From positions 2,208,001 to 2,272,000 of the forward strand of contig OZ250173.1 in assembly GCA_965238075.1 (NCBI GenBank): a DNA stretch of 64,000 nucleotides. Direction: 5' to 3'. Source of the stretch: Candidatus Entotheonellaceae bacterium. GTDB taxonomy: Bacteria; Tectomicrobia; Entotheonellia; Entotheonellales; Entotheonellaceae. Numbering within the stretch: the first letter of the stretch is position 1; each line of letters begins with the position of its first letter. The notes beneath the pieces are model-generated. The model saw only the letters and a program-made list of their open reading frames with translations, made no database searches and had not been told where the DNA came from. Made by a program: the position numbers and the translations under genes. Shown one piece after another: positions 1 to 7,934 of the stretch.

Positions 1-853
1 TCTGAGGGTGGGTTGTTCTGCTCGCTCGTGCGTTGAGGAGATCTTCCCTTCTCGCGAAGTTGAGGCTCGTAACGCCGTTCTCGTATATGAAGAACCTATC
101 CCGCCCAAAGGCCATCGCAATGGCGAATGCGATGCTCCCATACAGGAAAGACCGGGTACGCTGCGATTCCTCTCGCGCACGAATAACTTGAAGGTGAGTG
201 CGAAACTGGTAGTGGCTCACCCTTCCTGGATACGCTTGCTGAAGCGCATTCGCAAGGGCTCGTTGAGTTCGGATCGTACCACCTTGAGACAGGTGGCTTA
301 CCAGACAGATATGGTCACCTGACTCCACAAGTCTTTGGATGGCACCAGCAAGGGAGTCGATGCCGCCAGAAAAGAGCATAATGGACAGTCTTGCCGTGGC
401 CTTGACCTGAAAGTTCTCCTTGTCGAACAGGCTTGTCGGCGGAGTGGAGTGGCCTGGTTGGAAAGTGAATTCGTAGGACTGATCTCCGGTTACAAAACTA
501 AGCGCCGATTTCAGAGCATCCTGCACAGTAGGCTCACTCCAGAAGGCGTAGTCCCTGACTCGTAGCACGAAATGAAGGTTCCTTGCCCATCCTTGGTATT
601 CAACGCTGAATCTGCTGCCTCTGGAGGTTGAGCGGTCCCCGGCAAACACATAGGCGGCAATCTCCAAGAGGTCAAGGTAGCGGGGCGGCAAATGGTATAC
701 GCTGCGAACGAAGTCAGGTAGACCGAGGCGGACGTTGGGTTTGCCACCGTCGGAAGGCCGGTAGTCCAGAACGGTGCAATCGGCTTCATCCACGTCATCG
801 GGGGGATTAGCACCATTGCACAAGAAGATTGGGCGGGCACGGTCGTGGCTCAT
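1..853 (-). CDS. QueC-family (QatC/Cap9-like) PP-loop protein, partial; runs off the left edge
   Basis: Not in the ORF track. Manual translation from ATG at 853 (ATGA overlap with the upstream stop) is open to the edge: MSHDRARPIF...LDLLEIAAYVFAGDRSTSRG...WARNLHF...LFSGGIDSLAGA...ESQRTRSFLY...IYENGVTSLN...ASRTTHPQ. It has the SGGxDS PP-loop plus RSFL, ENG and RTTHP motifs typical of QatC-like proteins. Confidence 0.85.
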   Translation of the reverse strand, partial: MSHDRARPIFLCNGANPPDDVDEADCTVLDYRPSDGGKPNVRLGLPDFVRSVYHLPPRYLDLLEIAAYVFAGDRSTSRGSRFSVEYQGWARNLHFVLRVRDYAFWSEPTVQDALKSALSFVTGDQSYEFTFQPGHSTPPTSLFDKENFQVKATARLSIMLFSGGIDSLAGAIQRLVESGDHICLVSHLSQGGTIRTQRALANALQQAYPGRVSHYQFRTHLQVIRAREESQRTRSFLYGSIAFAIAMAFGRDRFFIYENGVTSLNFARREDLLNARASRTTHPQ

Positions 854-1632
854 TGAGGAGATTCCTCACGGAGGAGTTCCTCACGCAACTTGCCGATAGA
901 ATGGGAAAGAAATCCTTCTATCTCATCGGATGAAGGCAGTCTGTCTCGCGCGTGGCGATTGAACCAACCCGCAGCGAACGATTGAGTGATTCTGGCAGTC
1001 TCAAAGGCGTGGTGTGATACTCCGTTGACATGCTCTTGGAGACGGGTGGCCAGCCTTTCTCGAGCCTCCGTGCTGACTAACTGAGAAGAAGCCTCACGGC
1101 TGAGGAAATAATTGAGATAGCGTTCCACGAACTTGGCGAAGAAGAGTCGAGACACCTCGCAGAAACCTCTTCCTTCGCTGGCTCTACTCCATACTTCCGC
1201 AACGCGTTCATGTTCCCCAGCGAAAGAAAGCTGACGAGTCTCCTGTTCGGTCCACAAGGAGATAGCGTCGACAGCGGCCTTACGAGCTATTTCCCCGTAC
1301 TCAGCGGACTGCCGATGGTCGTCTACGTACTGACTGAGGATGCTCGCAAGCTTGAGTCGAGAAGGGTTGGATTCCAGGTCGATAGCGAGATCACCGAGTG
1401 AATCCCTATCCACACTGGGAGAAGCCGACAGAGCAAGTCCAAGTAGAAACTGGAAGGAGGCGATGACCCCGGCATCACCATGGATGGCAAGCAGGCGGGA
1501 ACGAACGTTTTCGAGGGTAGCATTTGCCAAGTCTCGCACGTTGCCATCAACGTCAGCCACAGCAGCGATGCCGTCTACTACGTCGGCCCATCGTTTAGTT
1601 CGGGGCAATGCTCCTACGCGCTCATGGCCCAT
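850..1632 (-). CDS. Hypothetical helical protein starting MGHERVGALP; positional QatB-like partner of the QueC-like gene
   Basis: ATG at 1632 with GGAG about 10 nt upstream. 260 aa; stop overlaps the QueC-like start. The QatB-like role is inferred from position and the N-terminal Gly. Confidence 0.7.
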   Translation of the reverse strand: MGHERVGALPRTKRWADVVDGIAAVADVDGNVRDLANATLENVRSRLLAIHGDAGVIASFQFLLGLALSASPSVDRDSLGDLAIDLESNPSRLKLASILSQYVDDHRQSAEYGEIARKAAVDAISLWTEQETRQLSFAGEHERVAEVWSRASEGRGFCEVSRLFFAKFVERYLNYFLSREASSQLVSTEARERLATRLQEHVNGVSHHAFETARITQSFAAGWFNRHARDRLPSSDEIEGFLSHSIGKLREELLREESPQ

Positions 1633-1964
1633 CGACAATATGCTCCATCACATCAAGGGGTTGCACTACGCTACGGCCCGCCAGTTTGGCTTCGAGCCAC
1701 CGTTTGAAAGAACGTTGGCTTTCCCTTGACGGGCGGCCCGCGATGAGTCCTTCGACGCTGAGGTCTTCGTCCAAGTCCGACCAATGGATTCCCTGGCCCT
1801 CACCGATCAACTCCCTCCTCCTGGGTGGCGTGGAGGAGTCTGGGGTACCAGCCCAGGGGCACGGAAATGGTTCGTCCGTCCGAGAGTTCGACCTGAAGCG
1901 TATCATCGGTAACCGACACGTCCTCCGCTTCCGGTATCTGTACCTCAATTATTGAAGTAATCAT
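1622..1964 (-). pseudogene. DUF2442-family antitoxin-like gene, frameshifted
   Basis: One frame reads [50 protein letters not shown] and stops; another continues ELIGEGQGIHWSDLDEDLSVEGLIAG. The break is near 1815. Confidence 0.75.
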
Positions 1965-2113
1965 CCCACGCCTCCCACCTTGGTTTCGTGCTCTTCAAGC
2001 AGCTGCAGCCCGGCCCGTACCACATCACTGGGGGAGTAGCGACCGGATTGAACCCGCTCATTGATGAAACCCGTAAAGTGCTCGCCGAGTTTAACCGACG
2101 TGTTGCGTGGCAT
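1961..2113 (-). pseudogene. Truncated ParD-like ribbon-helix-helix antitoxin (50 aa)
   Basis: [50 protein letters not shown]. Matches the ParD N-terminal pattern but lacks the C-terminal part; no ParE follows. Confidence 0.7.
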
Positions 2114-2145
2114 GAGCAGATTTCCCCTTCTGTGCAAGGCCGAGC

Positions 2146-2544
2146 TCAGAGGAGGCCCGCGTTGGGCAGGGAAGCCATCCTGCGATCCAGCGTCAACGTC
2201 TCCAACCCAACCCGTGCGTAGTCGTCGGCGATGAGACGGTCGAACAGGCCGGGGCTGCCAGAGGCTGAAAGGGCTTCAATGACGGCCTGTCCGTTCAGAG
2301 GGGCCACGAGGCCGCTTCGAAACGCATTGAGCAACTCGGCGCGGGCATCGACCTGCGATACGCCGTAGTGGTGCTGGACCGCGATAAAGGCCTCACCAAT
2401 GACTTGGTTTGAGGCAAAGACCTCGGCGCCGCCAATGACCAGCGCATTCAACCGTTCCACGCAGTACGAATAGACGTCGGGAGGAGAACCGGTGATGAGC
2501 CGCACGAGCACGGACGTGTCAATCCCGATACGCTGACGGATCAT
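2146..2544 (-). CDS. PIN-domain (VapC-like) toxin
   Basis: GIDTSVLVR...GE...LFDRLIA...TLDRR acidic PIN pattern; overlaps the upstream AbrB-type gene. Confidence 0.85.
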   Translation of the reverse strand: MIRQRIGIDTSVLVRLITGSPPDVYSYCVERLNALVIGGAEVFASNQVIGEAFIAVQHHYGVSQVDARAELLNAFRSGLVAPLNGQAVIEALSASGSPGLFDRLIADDYARVGLETLTLDRRMASLPNAGLL

Positions 2545-2764
2545 AGCCCTCATCCCGGAACTTCCGAATGTCGAACGGCTCTGCGTTGGGGTCGATCTTA
2601 TCGCGCAATCCCCCGAGCAAGGACAAGTCTATCCGGCGCGGGCGCAGGATGAACCCCTCGGTGCTTTCCATCAGCTCCAACTGGTCGCCGGGTCCTACGC
2701 CTAACGCGTCGAGCACGTGCTTGGGGAAGGTTACCTGCCGTTTTGAGGTGACTTTTACGAGCAT
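2519..2764 (-). CDS. AbrB/MazE/SpoVT-family antitoxin
   Basis: MLVKVTSKRQVTFPKHVLDALGVGPGDQLEL swapped-hairpin motif; AGGAGG RBS upstream. Confidence 0.88.
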   Translation of the reverse strand: MLVKVTSKRQVTFPKHVLDALGVGPGDQLELMESTEGFILRPRRIDLSLLGGLRDKIDPNAEPFDIRKFRDEGYDPSAYRD

Positions 2765-2777
2765 GGCTGTCGTTCCT

Positions 2778-2804
2778 CCTTACGCTTATGGTAAAGGGGT
2801 AAGG
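2778..2804. promoter_or_regulatory. Candidate operator inverted repeat upstream of the AbrB-PIN pair
   Basis: CCTTAC-N15-GTAAGG immediately upstream of the antitoxin RBS. Confidence 0.4.
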
Positions 2805-2963
2805 CATGCAGAGCAAGTGACGCGATTGAGCTGCTCGTCAGCTTCGAACAACCCTAAGGAGCAGCAGATTCATTAGGCGCCTTGAAGTCATCTTTGAATG
2901 GGAAGATGGCGGTCGCCACCGAGACGGCTGAACAGGGTTCCAGGCGCGTCGCGCATGGAGCCA

Positions 2964-4379
2964 TCACGGTTCGGGCAGGAAGTGGGCTATCGAATTGGCG
3001 TAGTAACGCAGCATGTCGTGTTCGTTAGCACACGCGCGGTAGAGCCCATCCGATTCCTGCACCAAGTGCCGCAGCACCAGCATCCGCAGCCCTACTGTGG
3101 TCGCGTAGTCGTGGTCTGATCTTGGGATGTGGACATACGCCCCGCGCTGCTCGAGATCGTTGATGAGGGCATGGGTTTGTGCCTTGATCTCGAGTTCGCT
3201 CATGGCCGTTTGTGGATGGCGCAGGAATACGGTGGCGATGAGCGGCACCGGCAATACCGGAATGGCCGTGGCGATGGCGTCGAGCAACGCATTGCCAAGC
3301 TGCTCTACGGCTCCAAAACGAGCTTCTGCGTCCAGAGGGCGAAAATCCATCCTGGTGCGGGCGGTGTACGACCGCATGGAAACCGGCGTTCCGAAATTGA
3401 CGCAGGCGTAGCCGAAGCGATACCAGCGCCGTTCCAGCAGGAGTTTTACCTGATGGCCGAGGAACCTTAGAAAGGCTACGACGGTGTACGTCTTGCTGTG
3501 TGGGCTGGCCTGCGGGTCGAGTTCGCGTACCAGGGAGCGGTCCTCCAGCACACGGTCGTAGTTGATTCCCACCGGGATGAACACGAGGTCTCGTTCACCC
3601 TCGGGGTCGAATGCCGAAACCATGTAGCTGATGAGGCCAAGCCTCGGCTTCCGGAGGCGTCCGTCGCGGGTGAAACGACCCTCGGGGTAGAACGCCTGTA
3701 CGACACCGCCTGCCGTTGCCATTTGGACATAGCGGGCCAGGACCCGACGGTAGAGAGGGTTGTCGGATTCTCGACGCACGAAGAAACCGCCGAGAGATTT
3801 GATTATTGATTGCAGGGGCCAGGTGCGCGCCCATTCGCCCACTGCATAGCTCAATGCGGAGCGCGTCGCGGCCATGTAGGCAACGATGATGTAGTCCATG
3901 TTACTACGATGATTCATCAGAAAAACGATGCTCGCGGTAGGCTCGATTTTGGCCAGTGCCTCGTCGTCGGCATAGCCCAGGCGGACCCGATACAGGAATT
4001 GCAGGATGCGTCGTGCCAGGTAATACCCGATTCGGAAGTACAGGTAGACATTGAACGACGGCACAATCTCACGTGCATAGCGCTCGACTTCCCGGGCCAG
4101 AACTTCTCGCGGTACGTTAGACCGCTGCGCCTCAGCCTCGACCGATTCCATCACCTTGGGGTCGTGTGTCAGTCGATCGATAAGAACCTGTCGTTTTGTC
4201 TGTTGGAAAAGCGGTATTTGCAACTGCAAGCGGGTGTTGAGTTCGTCGATCACACGACTGGTGCGCCGTCTGAAAAACCAGCGCGCGCCTGGGATGAGTA
4301 GATGGTCAAGAATCGCCCAAAGTGAAAGGGCGCCGGCAACTACCACCACCCAAGTTGGAAGGGGAATTATCTCTGTCAT
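2964..4379 (-). CDS. Glycerol-3-phosphate/1-acyl-glycerol-3-phosphate acyltransferase (PlsB/PlsC superfamily)
   Basis: NHRSNMD (HxxxxD), GGFFVRR, YPEGRFTRDG and IPVGINYDRVLE motifs; N-terminal TM helix. Confidence 0.88.
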   Translation of the reverse strand: MTEIIPLPTWVVVVAGALSLWAILDHLLIPGARWFFRRRTSRVIDELNTRLQLQIPLFQQTKRQVLIDRLTHDPKVMESVEAEAQRSNVPREVLAREVERYAREIVPSFNVYLYFRIGYYLARRILQFLYRVRLGYADDEALAKIEPTASIVFLMNHRSNMDYIIVAYMAATRSALSYAVGEWARTWPLQSIIKSLGGFFVRRESDNPLYRRVLARYVQMATAGGVVQAFYPEGRFTRDGRLRKPRLGLISYMVSAFDPEGERDLVFIPVGINYDRVLEDRSLVRELDPQASPHSKTYTVVAFLRFLGHQVKLLLERRWYRFGYACVNFGTPVSMRSYTARTRMDFRPLDAEARFGAVEQLGNALLDAIATAIPVLPVPLIATVFLRHPQTAMSELEIKAQTHALINDLEQRGAYVHIPRSDHDYATTVGLRMLVLRHLVQESDGLYRACANEHDMLRYYANSIAHFLPEP

Positions 4380-4565
4380 TTTTGCGTCAGGTATGCCGTC
4401 GTCAATGCGACCGCAGGCTCCGATTTCACGTGTGAATCAACCGATGATCTCGGCTGGAGGCGGAAATCGCCTGATTGCGACAACAGAATACGATGCTCAC
4501 CGGAAGGGTGGGAGGAACTGCAGCGTCGCCTCGGCTTGAACCGCCGCAACAGCGGTAAGCCACCC

Positions 4566-5555
4566 TCAAGCGCCCTGCTCCGGCAGGTCGCGGACGAGGC
4601 CGCTGACGATCTCGGCGGTGTCGATGCCCTCCGCTTCCCCCTCGAAATTCAGGATGAGGCGATGCCGCAGGCAGGGCACGGCGACCTCGCGCAGGTCGTC
4701 GAAGCTGACGTTGAAGCGTCCGGCGAACAGCGCTCGCACCTTGGCGGCCAGCACCAGGCTCTGCACGCCGCGCGGGCTGGAGCCGTAGCGCACGTAATTG
4801 CGCACCGCGTCGGTGGTGCGGGGCGTCTGCGGGTGGGTGGCCATGACCAGACGGATGGCGTAGTTCTTGACGTGCGAGGCCAGCGGCACGTCGCGCACCA
4901 GGCGCTGCGCCGCCAGCACGTCGGTTGCCGTGGCGACGGGTTCCGCGGTCTGCGTTTCGCCCTGGGTGGTGCGGTCGACGATGTCGCTGAGATCGTTGAA
5001 CGACGGGTAGCTGATCTGCAATTTCAGCAGAAAGCGGTCGAGCTGCGCCTCGGGCAGCGGGTAGGTGCCGTCCATTTCGAGCGGGTTCTGGGTGCCCAGC
5101 ACCAGGAACGGCAGGTGCAGCTTGTGCTCCGTGCCGGCCACCGTCACCGTCTGCTCCTGCATGGCTTCAAGCAGCGCCGACTGGGTTTTCGGCGTCGCGC
5201 GGTTGATCTCGTCGGCGAGCACCACGTTGCTGAAGATCGGGCCGGGTTGAAAGGCGAAATGGCGCTGGCCGGCCTCGTCTTCGAGGACCACGCGGGTGCC
5301 GATGATGTCGGCCGGCATGAGGTCGGGGGTGAACTGGATGCGCGAGAATTGCAGGTGCAGGGCGGCGCCGAGGCTCTTGACCAGCAGCGTCTTGCCGAGC
5401 CCGGGCACGCCTTCCAGTAGGGCATGGCCGCCGCACAGCAGGCAGGTGAGCAGGCCGTCCACGATGTCGGCGTGCCCCACGATGGCCTTGGCGATTTCGG
5501 TACGGATGCGCGCCATGTCGGCGTCAAATTGCGCTACCTGATCGGTTATGTTCAT
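4566..5555 (-). CDS. MoxR-family AAA+ ATPase
   Basis: LLEGVPGLGKT Walker A, RIQFTPDLMPADI, LADEINRATPKTQSALLEAMQE, GTYPLPEAQLDRF. Confidence 0.95.
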   Translation of the reverse strand: MNITDQVAQFDADMARIRTEIAKAIVGHADIVDGLLTCLLCGGHALLEGVPGLGKTLLVKSLGAALHLQFSRIQFTPDLMPADIIGTRVVLEDEAGQRHFAFQPGPIFSNVVLADEINRATPKTQSALLEAMQEQTVTVAGTEHKLHLPFLVLGTQNPLEMDGTYPLPEAQLDRFLLKLQISYPSFNDLSDIVDRTTQGETQTAEPVATATDVLAAQRLVRDVPLASHVKNYAIRLVMATHPQTPRTTDAVRNYVRYGSSPRGVQSLVLAAKVRALFAGRFNVSFDDLREVAVPCLRHRLILNFEGEAEGIDTAEIVSGLVRDLPEQGA

Positions 5556-7072
5556 TCCCGCACCATCCCCAGAGACAGGAAGTATTGCTTGATCTGCTCG
5601 CGGTAGCCGCGCGGGATGTCCTCGTGCGTCAGCACCTCCTCGGCGGCCTGCCGGTATTGCACGGCGACCTCCTCCACGGGCACCTGCGCCTCGTTGATCA
5701 TCGGCAGGCGGCGCATATATTGCAGGCGCGTGGGGCCGGGGCTGTTGCGCAACTCGACGTGCGACGTGGGTTGCTCGGAGTCGCGCAGGGCCTGTTCGGG
5801 GCGGGCGTCGACACGGGTGGACACGCCGTAGCCGGCGTCGGAGCCGGGGGCGGAGAACTCCTCCATGCCGTACAGGTCTTCCATCATGAACTCGCCGCCG
5901 AACTGGCGGGGGTCGAAGTCGCCTTGCGCCTGCCGGGCGCCGGGCGCCCGGTCACCGTCGGGCTGGCCCTCGCCCTGTTGCTGCAGGTTGCGGGAGGCGT
6001 ATTCCAGGGCGCGGCGGGCGCGTTCGAGGTGCTGCATCTCTTCACTGGCCTGCTGCTGCTCGATGATCTCACGCAGCAATTGCCGCGCCGCCTGCACGTC
6101 GCCGGCGCGCAGGTTTTGCAACAGCGATTCCAGTTCGGGAACCGGCATGGCGCCGGCCTGCTGGCGCAGGCGCTGCAGGCTTTGCTCGGCTGCCGCCACC
6201 CGGTCGCGCGACGGTGTTTCGTCGTCCAAGAGTTTCAGCACGTCGCGCAACTCCTGCTTGAGGCTCTTGCCGGACGGCAGCATGCCGCGCACCGCCAACC
6301 GGCCCATGCCGCTCATCAGGGCGCGCTCGCGCAACTCCTCGCGCAGGCGCTGCAGGTAGTCCGAAAGGGTGGCGATGCGGTCGCTAAAGGCGTCCTGCGG
6401 CGCGCGCTCGTCTTGCAGATGCTTGCCGAGGTTTTGCAACTGGCGCGCTAGGACGAGGCTGCGGTCCAGGTGTTCCTGTTTGGCGAGCCGCTCCAGTTCG
6501 TCGCCCCACTGTTCGAGACGCTGGCCCTCGCGCACCACTTGGCGGCTGAAATCCGCATCGCCGAGAGTGGCGAACGACCACGGTGGGGTCTCGATCCAGT
6601 GCAGGGCGAGGGTGGCGAGCAGCAGGACCGGGATGGCCCACAGCCGGCGCGGCAGGCGCAGCGGCAATACCTGGCGCGGCTCGACGCGCGGCGCCAGCCG
6701 ATCGGCTTCGTCCATCAGGGCGGCATTGAAAGGGTGGTCGGCGTGCCGCTTGCCATACTCGTAGGCGGTGCTGAGGCGTTCGTGGCCGCGCAGGGTGCGG
6801 TCCGCGGCGGCCAGCATGTCCAGCGGGGCACCGCGTCTGGGCCAGCCGAGGCAGATAATGATGCCGAGGATTACGAGGGCGAGGAGGGCATAGACGCCCG
6901 ACAGGGAGGCCGTCCACACGCCGGCAGTGACGAGGGCCGTTGCCAGACAGGCGGCGGCGAGGCCGACGAGGGCGGTATCCAGGGAGCGACCCAGTCGCCG
7001 CAGAAACCGGTGGCGCCGCTGCAACCGCGTCACGGCCTGCTCAAGGAGGCCCGACCGATCCATTGCCTTCAC
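5552..7072 (-). CDS. Membrane-anchored coiled-coil protein of the MoxR cluster
   Basis: N-terminal TM helices, ERLSTAYE motif, long Q/E/L/R-rich coiled coil, C-terminal IPRGYREQIKQYF; overlaps the moxR start. Confidence 0.75.
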   Translation of the reverse strand: MKAMDRSGLLEQAVTRLQRRHRFLRRLGRSLDTALVGLAAACLATALVTAGVWTASLSGVYALLALVILGIIICLGWPRRGAPLDMLAAADRTLRGHERLSTAYEYGKRHADHPFNAALMDEADRLAPRVEPRQVLPLRLPRRLWAIPVLLLATLALHWIETPPWSFATLGDADFSRQVVREGQRLEQWGDELERLAKQEHLDRSLVLARQLQNLGKHLQDERAPQDAFSDRIATLSDYLQRLREELRERALMSGMGRLAVRGMLPSGKSLKQELRDVLKLLDDETPSRDRVAAAEQSLQRLRQQAGAMPVPELESLLQNLRAGDVQAARQLLREIIEQQQASEEMQHLERARRALEYASRNLQQQGEGQPDGDRAPGARQAQGDFDPRQFGGEFMMEDLYGMEEFSAPGSDAGYGVSTRVDARPEQALRDSEQPTSHVELRNSPGPTRLQYMRRLPMINEAQVPVEEVAVQYRQAAEEVLTHEDIPRGYREQIKQYFLSLGMVRE

Positions 7073-7877
7073 CTCCCTCAGTGCCGTCGCGGAGAGCCAA
7101 TCGGCGTTGCAGCCAGCGCGTGCGTAAGGTGGCGATTATAAAAAACAGCCCCCCCAGAATCAAATGCAGCGTCACCGTGGCGGCCCACCCCGGCGCCGGA
7201 TATTCAAAGCCCGCTAGCCGAAGACTGACGTCGGGCAGGCGCTGCGGCCAGATGCTGGTGTCGATGAACGCCAGCACTGGATTGCTGAGCGGCCATACGA
7301 AGCCGCTGACGAGGATGAACCACAGGTACACGACGCGCACCAGGATGTAGAGGACGAAGTCGTCGCGCTCGAACCAGATCAGCAAGGTAACGCCGATGAC
7401 CCGGTACGCCGTCAGGCATGCCAGCAGCACGAGCATGCCGGTGCCGAGATGGGCGAGCGACTCGCCCGAGACGCCGGCGGCCAGCAGCAGGAGGGGCCAC
7501 GACAGGCCCCAGAAGAACAGCGTCTCGACGCTGCCTGCTGCCAGATAGCCGCGCAGGAACGTACCGACCGGCAGCGGCGTGAACGCCAGCCAGTCGCGCA
7601 GGGTGGCGTCCTGAGCGCCCAGCAGGTTGCGCGCCCCCTGGGTGAAGTTGAGGTAGGCCAGGATGATCGTCGCCGTGCCGCCCATGGCGTTGTAGGTGAA
7701 CGGCAGGTCGCGCAGACTCAGGAAGCCTTCCTTCGGCCAGGTGATGAAGAGCGCCAGCGACAGCACCGCGGTGTAATTCAGCCCGTGCGTCCAGGCTGTG
7801 CCGCGCTGCGTCATGGCGTCCAGCGCGCCGCGCAAGATCGGGTTGCGCAGCGCCTTCCTGCCGGGTATGGGGATCAT
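7041..7877 (-). CDS. Multi-pass membrane protein (possibly ABC-2 permease-like)
   Basis: About 6 hydrophobic segments; overlaps the downstream gene. Confidence 0.7.
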   Translation of the reverse strand: MIPIPGRKALRNPILRGALDAMTQRGTAWTHGLNYTAVLSLALFITWPKEGFLSLRDLPFTYNAMGGTATIILAYLNFTQGARNLLGAQDATLRDWLAFTPLPVGTFLRGYLAAGSVETLFFWGLSWPLLLLAAGVSGESLAHLGTGMLVLLACLTAYRVIGVTLLIWFERDDFVLYILVRVVYLWFILVSGFVWPLSNPVLAFIDTSIWPQRLPDVSLRLAGFEYPAPGWAATVTLHLILGGLFFIIATLRTRWLQRRLALRDGTEGGEGNGSVGPP

Positions 7878-7897
7878 TTGGGAGTCTCACAGTTATT

Positions 7898-7928
7898 GTA
7901 GGTCGGATTAGCGCCGCGTAATCCGACA
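7898..7928. repeat. GTAG-type REP-like palindrome
   Basis: GTAGGTCGGATTAGCGCCGCGTAATCCGACA with TCGGATTA/TAATCCGA arms; related sequences near 37946-37974 and 57588-57608. Confidence 0.7.
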
Positions 7929-7934
7929 TTCCAT

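Noticed and set aside
8-840. Track ORFs 8-322, 335-565, 511-840 and 628-810
   Set aside because: Shadow frames of the QueC-like gene, which the track missed because it has no stop inside the window.
1622-2900. Integron cassette array explanation for the TA chain
   Set aside because: No attC-like sites between genes (they overlap or abut) and no integrase seen.
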